From the NCBI GenBank assembly GCA_028712475.1, contig JAQTQB010000001.1, forward strand, positions 458,180-522,179: a stretch of DNA of 64,000 nucleotides, written 5' to 3'. Positions 28,799 through 37,618 of the stretch are shown piece by piece. Source of the stretch: Verrucomicrobiales bacterium. Its GTDB lineage: Bacteria > Verrucomicrobiota > Verrucomicrobiia > Limisphaerales > UBA11358. How positions within the stretch are numbered: the stretch's first letter is position 1; each line of letters opens with the position of its first letter. Position numbers and translations under genes: made by a program. Under the pieces are notes generated by a model. That model was not told the DNA's origin and ran no database searches. It saw only the letters and a program-made list of their open reading frames with translations.

Positions 28799-31700
28799 GA
28801 TGGAGATAACATTTTCCACACGCGCAGAGCCTCCGTCGCGTCCCACGCCTGCGCGTCGCAGCCGCGTTGCGTATGCGGGGCGTCGCCGTCGAGGATTTCG
28901 GGAAGCTGGCCGAGGCAGCCTTCGTTCAGGATTTTTTCCGAACTGCCCAGATAGCTTTTTGCCGCCGCCACTGCTTCCGGTGAAAAATTCCACGCCGCCG
29001 CCAGCGCTTCGCAAAAGGTCGGGAACGTCCAAGTCCACGCCGTGCCGTTGTGGTAGGCCGGCTTGCGGCGCGTGTCTTCATCGCCTTCGTATCGCGGCCA
29101 ATACGGTTCGACGGGATGGTTCAGCAGATGTCCGTCGCGATCGATCGGCAGCGGAACGGAAACCGTCAGTGGCGCGAGCGAGCGCAGCGCGCCCGGCACG
29201 ACCAGATATTTTTGCGCGGCCTCCACGCAACGTTTCGCGCGTTCGCCGGTCACCAGGCCAAGGCTGACGGCGAAGAGGCAATTGCTGCGCAACGCGTCGC
29301 TGGCGGTTGCGTCACGGGCGATAATGCGCGGCCCGCCGATCAAAACGTCGGCAAACCATCCTTTGTCTTCGAGCCAGAAGAGCTTTTCAAACGAAACCGT
29401 CGCGTGGCCGGCCAGATCGCGCCATTTTTTTTGCCCGGGCTTGTCGCTGATCTTTTCCAGCAGCCGCAGCAGCCGGATCCACAAGACTTGAATCTCGACG
29501 GGATAACCTTCGCGCGGCGTGCCGGCGGGAAAATTCGTATCCATCCATGTGAAGTGGCTGGGGCTCCAGATGAGCGCGGAGTCTGTATCCATGCGGATTC
29601 CATTGGGCGTGCCGCGCGCGTAGTTTTCCGCGATGCTTTCCAAAACCTGGTGGATGGTGCGCCCGGTTGAATCCACAGGGGTGGAATAAAACTTTCCTTC
29701 CACAGCGGCGAATTCTTCGCACACGACGGCGAACCACAGCGGCGCGTCGGACGTGTCACGGTTGGAGACATCGCTGCCATGAATGATGTTCGGCAGCGTG
29801 CCGTCCTTCTCAAATTTCGCGAACGTGAGCAGCAGTTGTTTCACTTCGTCAACCATTCCCGCCGCCAAAAGTCCGCGCGCACAGATCAACGAGTCGCGGC
29901 CCCAGTCAAGAAACCACGGATAACCGGCGATGACCGTCCTGCCTTCATCGCGTCGCACGACAAATTGTTTCGCGGCGCGTTCAAGCTGTGCGGAAAACGG
30001 AACGCCAGCCTCCGGCACGGCGTGTTTGGACGATTTTTCTTGTTCAATCCGGGACGGTGCCCGGCGTTCCGCCGCCTCGTCCTTTTCCGCCGTCAGAACC
30101 AGCGTTGTGCTTGTGCCTTTCGCCAGCGGGATCTCAAACCAGCCGGGGCTGTAGGCATCGCCGCTGCCAGCCTGGCCGCGCGTCTGTTCGACCGGATGCG
30201 GGATGTTCTCGCACCACTCCGGCTGCGGATGGTATTCGCCAGCGTCGGCAAAGACGCGGAGCTGGCGGTCGCTCGCGGGCGTGAATTCAAACCCGGCGCA
30301 GTTTTTAATCTTTAATTTTGAATTTTTGATCTCCCTGGTGTTCGACGAAAAATGAAAATCAGCGCCGCCGTTGCGCTTGGTCTCGCTGTGAAAATTCCGG
30401 TCTTCAATGTCCACGCGCACGGTCAGACGCACGTCGGCGTCGGCGGGCAATTGCTTTCCGTGCGCGATCTTTTCCGCCGGGCGGCTGAATTGAAAGACGG
30501 TGGTGTTTTTCCCTTCGATCATCCCGGCGCGCAATTCGATTTCAACCGTGCGACCGTCGCCCGCGTTCGCCACAAAATTCCAGACGACGGGCGGGCCGGG
30601 CTGGAACGACACGAGGTTTTTGAAATCGAGCGGCGATAGAAATCCGTCGGCGTTCACCCAGACGCGGATGCGCTTCACGAAAACGTGGCGGTCCACCGGC
30701 ACGGTTGGATTCAGGTTCGCGCCGAGGACGCAGTCGTATTTGGAATTCACGCGGCCCAGATCCGCGCACAGCCGCGCCATGCCGCCAATGCCGTTGGTCA
30801 GCAAAGCCAGGGTTGAAGGTTGAGGGCTGAAGGTTGAAGGTTGCGGCTCCGGCGCGAGAAAACGGATCGCCGCCGAAATTTTTTGCGCGGTGGCGGCGTA
30901 GCGTTCCAAAATCAACCCGGCTTCGCCTGCGTTTTGGTCTGGCGCAAAACAGGCGATGAATCCATCGCCGGCAGGAATTGACTGAACATGCACCGGCAGA
31001 TTGTTCATTCCACATTCTTCATTCCGCAGTTCCAGCGTGGCACGGAACGGCGCGCTGTCTTCAATCAACAGCCAGTGGCCATGCGGCACGGGCGTGACGC
31101 GGCGGGCGTCCAGCAATGTCCATCCGACGACTCGCGGAAAGATTTTTCCCGACCCGGCTTCGCGCAGCAGGTCGGCGAGCGGCGTTTTGGCGGCACGCGC
31201 GGCGAATTCGCCGGCGGCGGCCAGAAAGTTTTTTGGCGAACGTCCGGCTTGTTCCGCAAGCCAGCGCCAGTCGAGTCCGTCAATGGTTTCGACAGGAGCG
31301 ATTTTGTTCAGCGACTCAATGGCCCACGCCGCCTGCGCGCGGGCGCGGCGGTAATCGTCGCCGTTCAAACCGACGGGCTTGCCGGCCGGCGCGAGACAGA
31401 TGGCTGCGCCGGGAGCGAGGGTGAAAGTGGTTTCATCCTTGGTGGCAGAAATTTTCGGCAGCGGCTGGCCGAGCAATTCAAATGCGGGTTGCGGATTGCG
31501 GATTGCGGATTTGGGAAGTGCGATGATGTTTTCCTTTTCAACGTCGGTGTTGACGAGGATGAGAACGGAATCTTTTCCTTCGGCGGATTCGCGGAGCAGC
31601 GCATAGACGGGCGAGTCGGGCGCGCTCAAACGGGTGAGTTTTGCGCCGTCGAAAAAACACGGATGGCCGGAGATGAGGCGGTTCAGTTTCGCGAGTTCGG

Positions 31701-33156
31701 GGACGATGTTTTCAGCGGCGTCCCAGTTCAAACCGGTGTTGCCGTGGACGCGGATTTTTTCGGTGGCAAGCCATTCCACGCCGCAAGTGAAGCCGAATCC
31801 ACCGCTGGGGCTGGCGAGCGCGCAGAGCCGGTTTCGCAGAAGCGACCATGCGCGGCCTTTTTCAGCAAGGCGGCTGTTGTCGTGCGTTTCGGAATAATGG
31901 ACGTAACTGCCGACGCGTTCATTCTGGCGGCTGGCGTAGTCGAGATACCACGCGACTTCTTTGCCGGAATAATTTTGGAACATCTCGGAGTAGGCCCATT
32001 GCATCCCGCCTTCGGTCAGCAAAAGCTCGGTGGCATCCCACGAGCCGCCAAGGCCTTCGAGGAGAAAAATGATTTCGGGAAATTCTTCCTGCACGCGGGC
32101 GACGATGTATTGCCACGCGGGCGCGGGAATTTTGTAGCCGGCATCGCAGCGGAATCCGTCCACGCCGCGCTTGCACCAGATGATGAGCGAGCCGGCGATG
32201 ATATCCCAGAGCGCAACATCGTGCTGTTCGAGTTCGACCAGGTCTTCCCAGACGGTTCCCCACGCGCCGGGGCTGGCGAATTCGCCGCCGGAATTTTTCA
32301 GGAAAAATTCCGGGTGATTTTCCTGCAAGGTCGAACCCCAGCCGGTGTGGTTGATGACGATGTCAATGAAGACACGCGCGCCGAGCGAGTGCGCGGCGTA
32401 AGTGAGTTCGCAAAACTGGTCAATGCCGGTGGTGCGCTTGTCAAACTCGACGAGCGCGGGATCAACGGCGGTCAGATCCAGCGCGGCATACGGGCTGCCG
32501 AAGCGCCCGAAGCGCGCGTAGGTCGTCGGCGTCGGATGCACGGGCAGCAGGTGGATGATGCGGCAGCCGAGCTTGTGGACGATGTGCGGCAACTGGCGCG
32601 TGAGGTCGCGGAATTTTCCTGACGGCGGCAACGTGGCGTAGCCGAGGGCTTCGAGTGATTTGAGCCGGGCCTCCAGTTTTTCGTCGGCAGATGAAGCGAG
32701 ATTATTGGCCGCGCCAAAGAGCCGGGTGAAGGCGCAGTAAATCGTGTTGGCGGTGCGGGTGAAATTTGGGTGGACGGAAATGCCGACGTCCGAGCCGTCC
32801 GGCCAGTGCTGCCATTTATTTTCGTCGAGCAGATAAGCTTTGGCTTTAAAATAACCGGCTTCGGCGAGCGGCAGTTCGATTTCCCAGCCGTCGGCAGTTT
32901 TTTGCATCGGCACATCGCGCCATGAAGAATTGGCGACGACCGCCTGGCCGGCGTGGGCGGAAATGATTTCGCGGCGGCGGGCGGCGGCGCGTCCGAGGTT
33001 GGTGCGCAGGCGGGCTGACCAGTTTTTATGCGCGGCGATTTTTTTCCCGGCGCGGATGGAGAAATGGATTTTATCGCCGACAAAACGCAGGAGGCGCTCG
33101 CCGGCGGCCGGTGACAGGACTGGTTTGGATTGGTCCACCTGAAAAAGTTTTACCAA
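28795..33156 (-). CDS. Fusion of a GH13 alpha-amylase-family domain and an amylo-alpha-1,6-glucosidase (GDE_C/GH133-like) domain
   Basis: N-terminal half: FIDIVINHTGW, GVDGFRCDAGYKIP, LLEGLGG and YSETHDN (GH13 regions I-IV). C-terminal half: VIAGYPWFLDWGRDSLICARGLL and YHNGTAWTW (GDE_C). Confidence 0.85.
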   Translation of the reverse strand: MVKLFQVDQSKPVLSPAAGERLLRFVGDKIHFSIRAGKKIAAHKNWSARLRTNLGRAAARRREIISAHAGQAVVANSSWRDVPMQKTADGWEIELPLAEAGYFKAKAYLLDENKWQHWPDGSDVGISVHPNFTRTANTIYCAFTRLFGAANNLASSADEKLEARLKSLEALGYATLPPSGKFRDLTRQLPHIVHKLGCRIIHLLPVHPTPTTYARFGRFGSPYAALDLTAVDPALVEFDKRTTGIDQFCELTYAAHSLGARVFIDIVINHTGWGSTLQENHPEFFLKNSGGEFASPGAWGTVWEDLVELEQHDVALWDIIAGSLIIWCKRGVDGFRCDAGYKIPAPAWQYIVARVQEEFPEIIFLLEGLGGSWDATELLLTEGGMQWAYSEMFQNYSGKEVAWYLDYASRQNERVGSYVHYSETHDNSRLAEKGRAWSLLRNRLCALASPSGGFGFTCGVEWLATEKIRVHGNTGLNWDAAENIVPELAKLNRLISGHPCFFDGAKLTRLSAPDSPVYALLRESAEGKDSVLILVNTDVEKENIIALPKSAIRNPQPAFELLGQPLPKISATKDETTFTLAPGAAICLAPAGKPVGLNGDDYRRARAQAAWAIESLNKIAPVETIDGLDWRWLAEQAGRSPKNFLAAAGEFAARAAKTPLADLLREAGSGKIFPRVVGWTLLDARRVTPVPHGHWLLIEDSAPFRATLELRNEECGMNNLPVHVQSIPAGDGFIACFAPDQNAGEAGLILERYAATAQKISAAIRFLAPEPQPSTFSPQPSTLALLTNGIGGMARLCADLGRVNSKYDCVLGANLNPTVPVDRHVFVKRIRVWVNADGFLSPLDFKNLVSFQPGPPVVWNFVANAGDGRTVEIELRAGMIEGKNTTVFQFSRPAEKIAHGKQLPADADVRLTVRVDIEDRNFHSETKRNGGADFHFSSNTREIKNSKLKIKNCAGFEFTPASDRQLRVFADAGEYHPQPEWCENIPHPVEQTRGQAGSGDAYSPGWFEIPLAKGTSTTLVLTAEKDEAAERRAPSRIEQEKSSKHAVPEAGVPFSAQLERAAKQFVVRRDEGRTVIAGYPWFLDWGRDSLICARGLLAAGMVDEVKQLLLTFAKFEKDGTLPNIIHGSDVSNRDTSDAPLWFAVVCEEFAAVEGKFYSTPVDSTGRTIHQVLESIAENYARGTPNGIRMDTDSALIWSPSHFTWMDTNFPAGTPREGYPVEIQVLWIRLLRLLEKISDKPGQKKWRDLAGHATVSFEKLFWLEDKGWFADVLIGGPRIIARDATASDALRSNCLFAVSLGLVTGERAKRCVEAAQKYLVVPGALRSLAPLTVSVPLPIDRDGHLLNHPVEPYWPRYEGDEDTRRKPAYHNGTAWTWTFPTFCEALAAAWNFSPEAVAAAKSYLGSSEKILNEGCLGQLPEILDGDAPHTQRGCDAQAWDATEALRVWKMLSPS
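30303..30330. repeat. 7-nt-period tandem array (TTTTAAT CTTTAAT TTTGAAT TTTTGAT) inside a CDS
   Basis: Read directly. An AT-rich patch in a GC-rich gene, translated (minus strand) as EIKNSKLKIKN. Confidence 0.6.
30811..30845. repeat. Heptamer tandem array (GGTTGAA GGTTGAG GGCTGAA GGTTGAA GGTTGCG) inside a CDS
   Basis: Five consecutive 7-mers read directly. Translated (minus strand) as PQPSTFSPQPST. Confidence 0.8.
31004..31024. repeat. Heptamer tandem array (TTCATTC CACATTC TTCATTC) inside a CDS
   Basis: Three 7-mers read directly. Translated (minus strand) as NEECGMN. Confidence 0.55.
31497..31524. repeat. Heptamer tandem array (GGTTGCG GATTGCG GATTGCG GATTTGG) inside a CDS
   Basis: Four 7-mers read directly. 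Translated (minus strand) as KSAIRNPQP. Confidence 0.8.
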
Positions 33157-33267
33157 GAAGCGGCGGGGCGAAAAGCGTAAAAGTGTTTTTCTTTGGATTG
33201 CTTTGGGGTGGCGGAAGTTTTAGCTTGGCGTCGAACTTGCTGATTTTGGCGGACAGGAATCTTAATT

Positions 33268-34119
33268 ATGGCGGCAACAGCGTTAAATCCGGGCGAAGAA
33301 GCTCAATTGCAGCAGACGATTGAGATGTTCGAGGTCATTGTGCAATCGCAGCCGAACGATTGCCAGTCGCTGGAAATCCTCAAGGAGGCTTATTCCAAGC
33401 TGGGCCGCGAGCCGGATGTGATCAAGACGTCCAAGCGCATCGCGCAGGCGTATATGCAGACGGGGCAGCTGTCCTCGGCGATTCTGGAATTTGAGACAGT
33501 GCTGCAACGCTGCCCCGATGACGCGGAAGTGCAGGCGGCACTCCTGGAAATCGAAAGCAAGGCGAGCAACGCAGGCATGCAGGCCTCGGGCGCGGAACCG
33601 GCGGCGCTGGCGATGGCCCCGGACGCAAACAAGGCGGCGGCAAATAAATCGCGGACGGCGGCGGTGGAGATTGAAGACGGACGCAAGTCGTTCTACAAAA
33701 TTTTTGTCGAGAGCAGGGTGATCAGCGCCGGCGACTTTGATTTGTGCTGGCGTTCGACGGACATGGCGGCGACTCCGGCGAATGCCGTCGAACCGTTCAT
33801 CCATATCCTGCACGAAAAGGGAATTTTGCTGGTGGACAAGTCGCTGAAGCTGCTGGTGGACAAGTCGCGCATGGCCTATCTGCCGCTGGAAAAATACGAC
33901 GTGGACATTGATTTGACCCGTGGGTTTCCGGCGGAAGTGTGCCGGCGCTGGTGCGTCCAGCCTTTTGACCGGATGAGCAAGGCGATCCTCGTCGCGACCT
34001 CGAATCCATTCAACCAGCAGGCGGTGAAAGAATTGTCCGAGACCACCTCCCACCGGCTGGTGTGGTATCTCGTGCCGCCCGCCGACCTGTTGCTTAACCT
34101 CCGCAAAGCGTTCCGCTAA
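33268..34119 (+). CDS. TPR-like N-terminal region plus a GspE/PilB N-terminal (T2SSE_N/MshEN-like) domain protein
   Basis: The C-terminal ~130 aa (..YLPLEKYDVDIDLTRGFPAEVCRRWCVQPFDRMSKAILVATSNPFNQQAVKEL..) resemble the N-domain of the adjacent PilB. The N-terminus is helical-repeat-like. Confidence 0.65.
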   Translation: MAATALNPGEEAQLQQTIEMFEVIVQSQPNDCQSLEILKEAYSKLGREPDVIKTSKRIAQAYMQTGQLSSAILEFETVLQRCPDDAEVQAALLEIESKASNAGMQASGAEPAALAMAPDANKAAANKSRTAAVEIEDGRKSFYKIFVESRVISAGDFDLCWRSTDMAATPANAVEPFIHILHEKGILLVDKSLKLLVDKSRMAYLPLEKYDVDIDLTRGFPAEVCRRWCVQPFDRMSKAILVATSNPFNQQAVKELSETTSHRLVWYLVPPADLLLNLRKAFR

Positions 34120-34123
34120 AACC

Positions 34124-35863
34124 ATGGCCAAAATAAAATCATTTGGAGAACGCATCGCCGACGCGCTCGTCGAGGACGGACTGCTGGGCGTCAACCAGGT
34201 GGAGGCGCTGCTTGAGCAGCAAAAGAAGGAAGGCGCGCGCCTCGTCAAGCTCATCATCGAAAAAGCCTACGTCAGCGAACAGGATCTCGCCGTCTGCATG
34301 GGCCGCGTGCTGAATGTCACCCCCATCAACATCACCCGCGCAAACATCTTGCCGGATCTGGTTGAGCTGATCCCGCGCGAGACGATGCACAGCTACCGGG
34401 TCATCCCCGTTTCGCGGCTGGAAAACAAATTGTTCCTCGCGATGGCCGACCCGCTCAACGTCCTCGCCATAGACGACGTCCGGCGCATCACCAAACTTGA
34501 GATCACTCCGCTCATCGCGTCCGAAAAAGCCATCGCCGACAAGCTTAACGCCCTGGATGCCTCCAAGGGCGGTTCGATGGAGGACATCATCCAGGACGCG
34601 CAAAAACTAAAAGACGCCGAGGACGAGGCCTCCTCCATTGAGAACGTCCGCGAAGAGGCCGAAGATGTCAGCATTGACAAGCTCGCCGCCTCCGGCGAGG
34701 AAGCCCCGGTCATCAAGCTGGCCAACCTGATGATCATGCAGGCCATCAAAGACCGCGCCAGCGACATCCATCTGGAGCCGTTTGAAAAAACCATGCGCCT
34801 GCGCTACCGCGTGGACGGCGTGCTGCTGGACGCCACCCCGCCGCCCAAGCAGATGCAGCTCGCGCTTGCCTCGCGCTTCAAGATCATGAGCAACCTAGAC
34901 ATCGCCGAACGCCGCCTGCCGCAGGACGGGCGCATGCGCGTCAAGGTCAGCGGCAAGGATTTTGATTTGCGTGTTTCGGTGATGCCCACGGTTCACGGCG
35001 AAAAAATCGTGCTTCGCGTCCTCGACAAGACCAATCTGTCCGCCAGCATTGACAAGCTCGGGCTGGATGCCGACACCTTCAGGAGCTTCAAGACCGCCAT
35101 TGACGCGCCGCACGGCTTGATTCTCGTCACCGGGCCGACCGGTTCCGGCAAGACCACCACGCTTTACTCCGCGCTCAACGAACTGAACAGCCCGGTTTAC
35201 AACATCATCACCGTGGAAGACCCGGTGGAATTCCAGATTCCCGGCATCAACCAGGTGCCCACCAAAAAAGAAATCGGCCTCTCCTTCGCCAATGCGCTGC
35301 GTTCCATTTTGCGACAGGATCCAGACATCATCATGATCGGGGAAATCCGCGATACCGAGACGGCGGAAATCGCCATCGAAGCCGCGCTCACCGGCCATCA
35401 AGTGTTGAGCACCATGCACTGTAACGACGCGCCCGGCGCCATCGCCCGCCTTGACGACATGGGCATCGCGCCATTTTTGATTTCATCTTCCGTGATTCTC
35501 TCCTGCGCGCAGCGGCTCATGCGCCGCATCTGTTCGCACTGCAAGGAGCCGGTGTCCTACCCCGACAAAATGTTCAATGACCTGGGCATCGAACCCGGTG
35601 TGTTCAGCGGCGTGCAGCTTTACCGCGGACGCGGCTGCGACCGTTGCAAAAATTCCGGTTACGCCGGGCGCATGGCCATCATCGAAGCCATGAACATCAC
35701 CGACCAGATCCGCAAACTGATCATTGCCCGCGCCAGCACGCGCGAAATGGGCAAGGTGGCTGTCAGCCAGGGAATGAAAACCCTCCGCATGGTCGGCCTC
35801 GACCGCGCGCGTGAAGGCGTTTCGACCTTGGAGCAGGTGCTGGTCATGACCTCCTCGCACTGA
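34124..35863 (+). CDS. Type II secretion / type IV pilus assembly ATPase (GspE/PilB family)
   Basis: Walker A GPTGSGKTTTLYS, Asp/His boxes, a tetracysteine CSHCKE...CDRCKNSGYAGR, and an N-terminal T2SSE_N domain. Confidence 0.9.
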   Translation: MAKIKSFGERIADALVEDGLLGVNQVEALLEQQKKEGARLVKLIIEKAYVSEQDLAVCMGRVLNVTPINITRANILPDLVELIPRETMHSYRVIPVSRLENKLFLAMADPLNVLAIDDVRRITKLEITPLIASEKAIADKLNALDASKGGSMEDIIQDAQKLKDAEDEASSIENVREEAEDVSIDKLAASGEEAPVIKLANLMIMQAIKDRASDIHLEPFEKTMRLRYRVDGVLLDATPPPKQMQLALASRFKIMSNLDIAERRLPQDGRMRVKVSGKDFDLRVSVMPTVHGEKIVLRVLDKTNLSASIDKLGLDADTFRSFKTAIDAPHGLILVTGPTGSGKTTTLYSALNELNSPVYNIITVEDPVEFQIPGINQVPTKKEIGLSFANALRSILRQDPDIIMIGEIRDTETAEIAIEAALTGHQVLSTMHCNDAPGAIARLDDMGIAPFLISSSVILSCAQRLMRRICSHCKEPVSYPDKMFNDLGIEPGVFSGVQLYRGRGCDRCKNSGYAGRMAIIEAMNITDQIRKLIIARASTREMGKVAVSQGMKTLRMVGLDRAREGVSTLEQVLVMTSSH

Positions 35864-35870
35864 CGCGCCT

Positions 35871-36881
35871 TCAGAAATTCCGCTGTGAAAATGCGGCCGG
35901 CTGCGGCGACTGGGACAGCCACGGCGGGGGTTGTGGTTTCCAGCTTGGAATCACCACCGGTTGCAGGCGGGGCGTGACGACCCCCGGCAACGGGGTCAAT
36001 CCCGCCGGCTTGCCGATGCTGCTGATCAAAGGTTTGAACGATGCACCCGCCGGATTCGGCACAAAATCCGGCTGCGTCAGGTAAGGATCCACGGCCGGTT
36101 TTGGCACGGGAAAATACCGGCTGTCCGGCGAAGGTTCTGCCGGCTCGGAACCGGGCAGCAGCATCTGCCGGAACCGTTGCATCGTCGCCAGTTGTTCAAG
36201 CTTGTCTTTGTTCAATTTTTGCTGCGCCATCGGGTCAAACCCGTTCCCGTCAAAATTCACATTTTGCTTTGCCGGGGAGCCTTGGTTTTGCCGGCTGTCC
36301 GGGAACCGGTTCGCATTTTGAGCCGGATCCGCCGTGCCATTGCCCCAGCGGGCGAACGGATTGCCACTGTCTTCATCGCTCGAAATGCTCCACGGCAGAC
36401 CGGCCCGGTCGCTGCGCAAGCCGTTGGTGAGGCCGCCCCGCGCCTGGTTTTCCCGGTCAAGAAACCGCTCCAGTTGCGTCGTCTTTTTTTCCCGGCCATA
36501 CGCATCGCGCTCTGGCGGCTGGAGCAGCTTATCCGCCGGCGTCACCCCAAAAATCTCCTCCGGCGTCATCAACGTCCAGTTCCGGCGCTCCTCCTGCGAT
36601 TGTTTCAGCCGCTGCTGCCCGGAAAAATTCACCGGTGAAGGCAGCCGGTCGCCCGTCATGCTGGGAGGAATGACTGTCATCGGCGCCTGCAACGAGCCGG
36701 GCAACGTCATCAACTGCGAATTTTGCGGCGTCAACGAAGGCGTGACCGCCTGCGAATCGTCGGTTTTGGGCGAGGAAAAGATGATGTCCTGGCCGGATTC
36801 CTGCGCGGCGGCGGACAAAACCATCGCGCCCGCTGCCATGACCAGCAACGGCCGCTTCAACTGTGACCAAAGGAGATTCAC
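35871..36881 (-). CDS. Secreted Pro/Gln-rich hypothetical protein
   Basis: Signal peptide LLVMAAGAMVLSAAAQE followed by low-complexity sequence. No recognisable domain. Confidence 0.5.
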   Translation of the reverse strand: MNLLWSQLKRPLLVMAAGAMVLSAAAQESGQDIIFSSPKTDDSQAVTPSLTPQNSQLMTLPGSLQAPMTVIPPSMTGDRLPSPVNFSGQQRLKQSQEERRNWTLMTPEEIFGVTPADKLLQPPERDAYGREKKTTQLERFLDRENQARGGLTNGLRSDRAGLPWSISSDEDSGNPFARWGNGTADPAQNANRFPDSRQNQGSPAKQNVNFDGNGFDPMAQQKLNKDKLEQLATMQRFRQMLLPGSEPAEPSPDSRYFPVPKPAVDPYLTQPDFVPNPAGASFKPLISSIGKPAGLTPLPGVVTPRLQPVVIPSWKPQPPPWLSQSPQPAAFSQRNF

Positions 36882-36883
36882 TT

Positions 36884-37192
36884 TCAGGCTAACACGCTAG
36901 TGTAATGGACACCGCCCGTCAAAATTGAATTCAAAATTAAATCCGCGCAGTGCGTATTCGGCAAATCTTGCGGCCGCAGGCGCGGCGGCCGGCCGGCTTT
37001 GGGCGTCTGCTTGAGGGCGGATTTGCCACCCTTTTCCCAGGCTTTGTGCCAGCGGCTGGCCGACTGGCAGGAGACCCCGAGCTGGCGCGCCACTTCGGCG
37101 GGAGCCAGTCCCTTGTCGAACAGGGTGGCGGCTTTCAGTCGCCGACGTTGCAGGGCGTTAAAATCGCGCTTTTGTCCTTTGGGAAATCCCAT
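36884..37192 (-). pseudogene. IS630-family transposase remnant (N-terminal HTH only)
   Basis: LFDKGLAPAEVARQLGVSCQSASRWHKAWEKGGKSALKQTPKAGRPPRL is the typical IS630 winged-HTH N-terminus. The ORF ends after ~100 aa with no DDE domain. Confidence 0.6.
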
Positions 37193-37233
37193 GCATGATC
37201 TGACAGAATCTCCGCAAATACGTTCACTTTATT

Positions 37234-37488
37234 ATGCAGGAGTCAATAATTCCAATCAATGCACTTTCCACGGGACCAAATTATACATTATACGGTGGTG
37301 ATATTTCAGGCTTTGCCGGACAAACAACCCAAATGACTTTTTCAGATGTGGGTATATTTGCCAACTTTTGGAACATAGACAATATACAATTTTCTTCTTC
37401 GCCGATTCCCGAACCAAGCATGCTTGCCTTGTGCATACTTGGTGCATTGCTTCTCGGTTTCCGCCGCTGGCAGCAATCCAGTCAATAA
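37234..37488 (+). pseudogene. Orphan C-terminal fragment of a PEP-CTERM protein
   Basis: Ends ..[33 protein letters not shown] (PEP motif, TM, basic cluster). No signal peptide and only 84 aa. Sits in a low-GC patch next to the IS remnant. Confidence 0.55.
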
Positions 37489-37618
37489 TCAGCAGCCTTT
37501 TATTTCCAAGGTCTTCGACAGGTTGTCCGCTTTGCTGGCAACCCGCTTTGTTTGTCCGCCAGACAACGCCCCGTGTTTCATTGCCGGAACCGTCCATGCG
37601 GAATATCTTTCGCCTGTC

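Noticed and set aside
30811-30845. Heptamer arrays as classical phase-variation (contingency) switches
   Set aside because: The host genes are housekeeping enzymes rather than surface or restriction genes. Most arrays are short (3-5 units) and degenerate, which disfavours high-rate slippage. The observation is kept as a finding but not called phase variation.
30988-32622. 544-aa plus-strand ORF antisense to the GH13 half of the glycogen enzyme
   Set aside because: No motifs and a biased Arg/Ala/Gly composition. The opposite strand carries all four GH13 catalytic regions.
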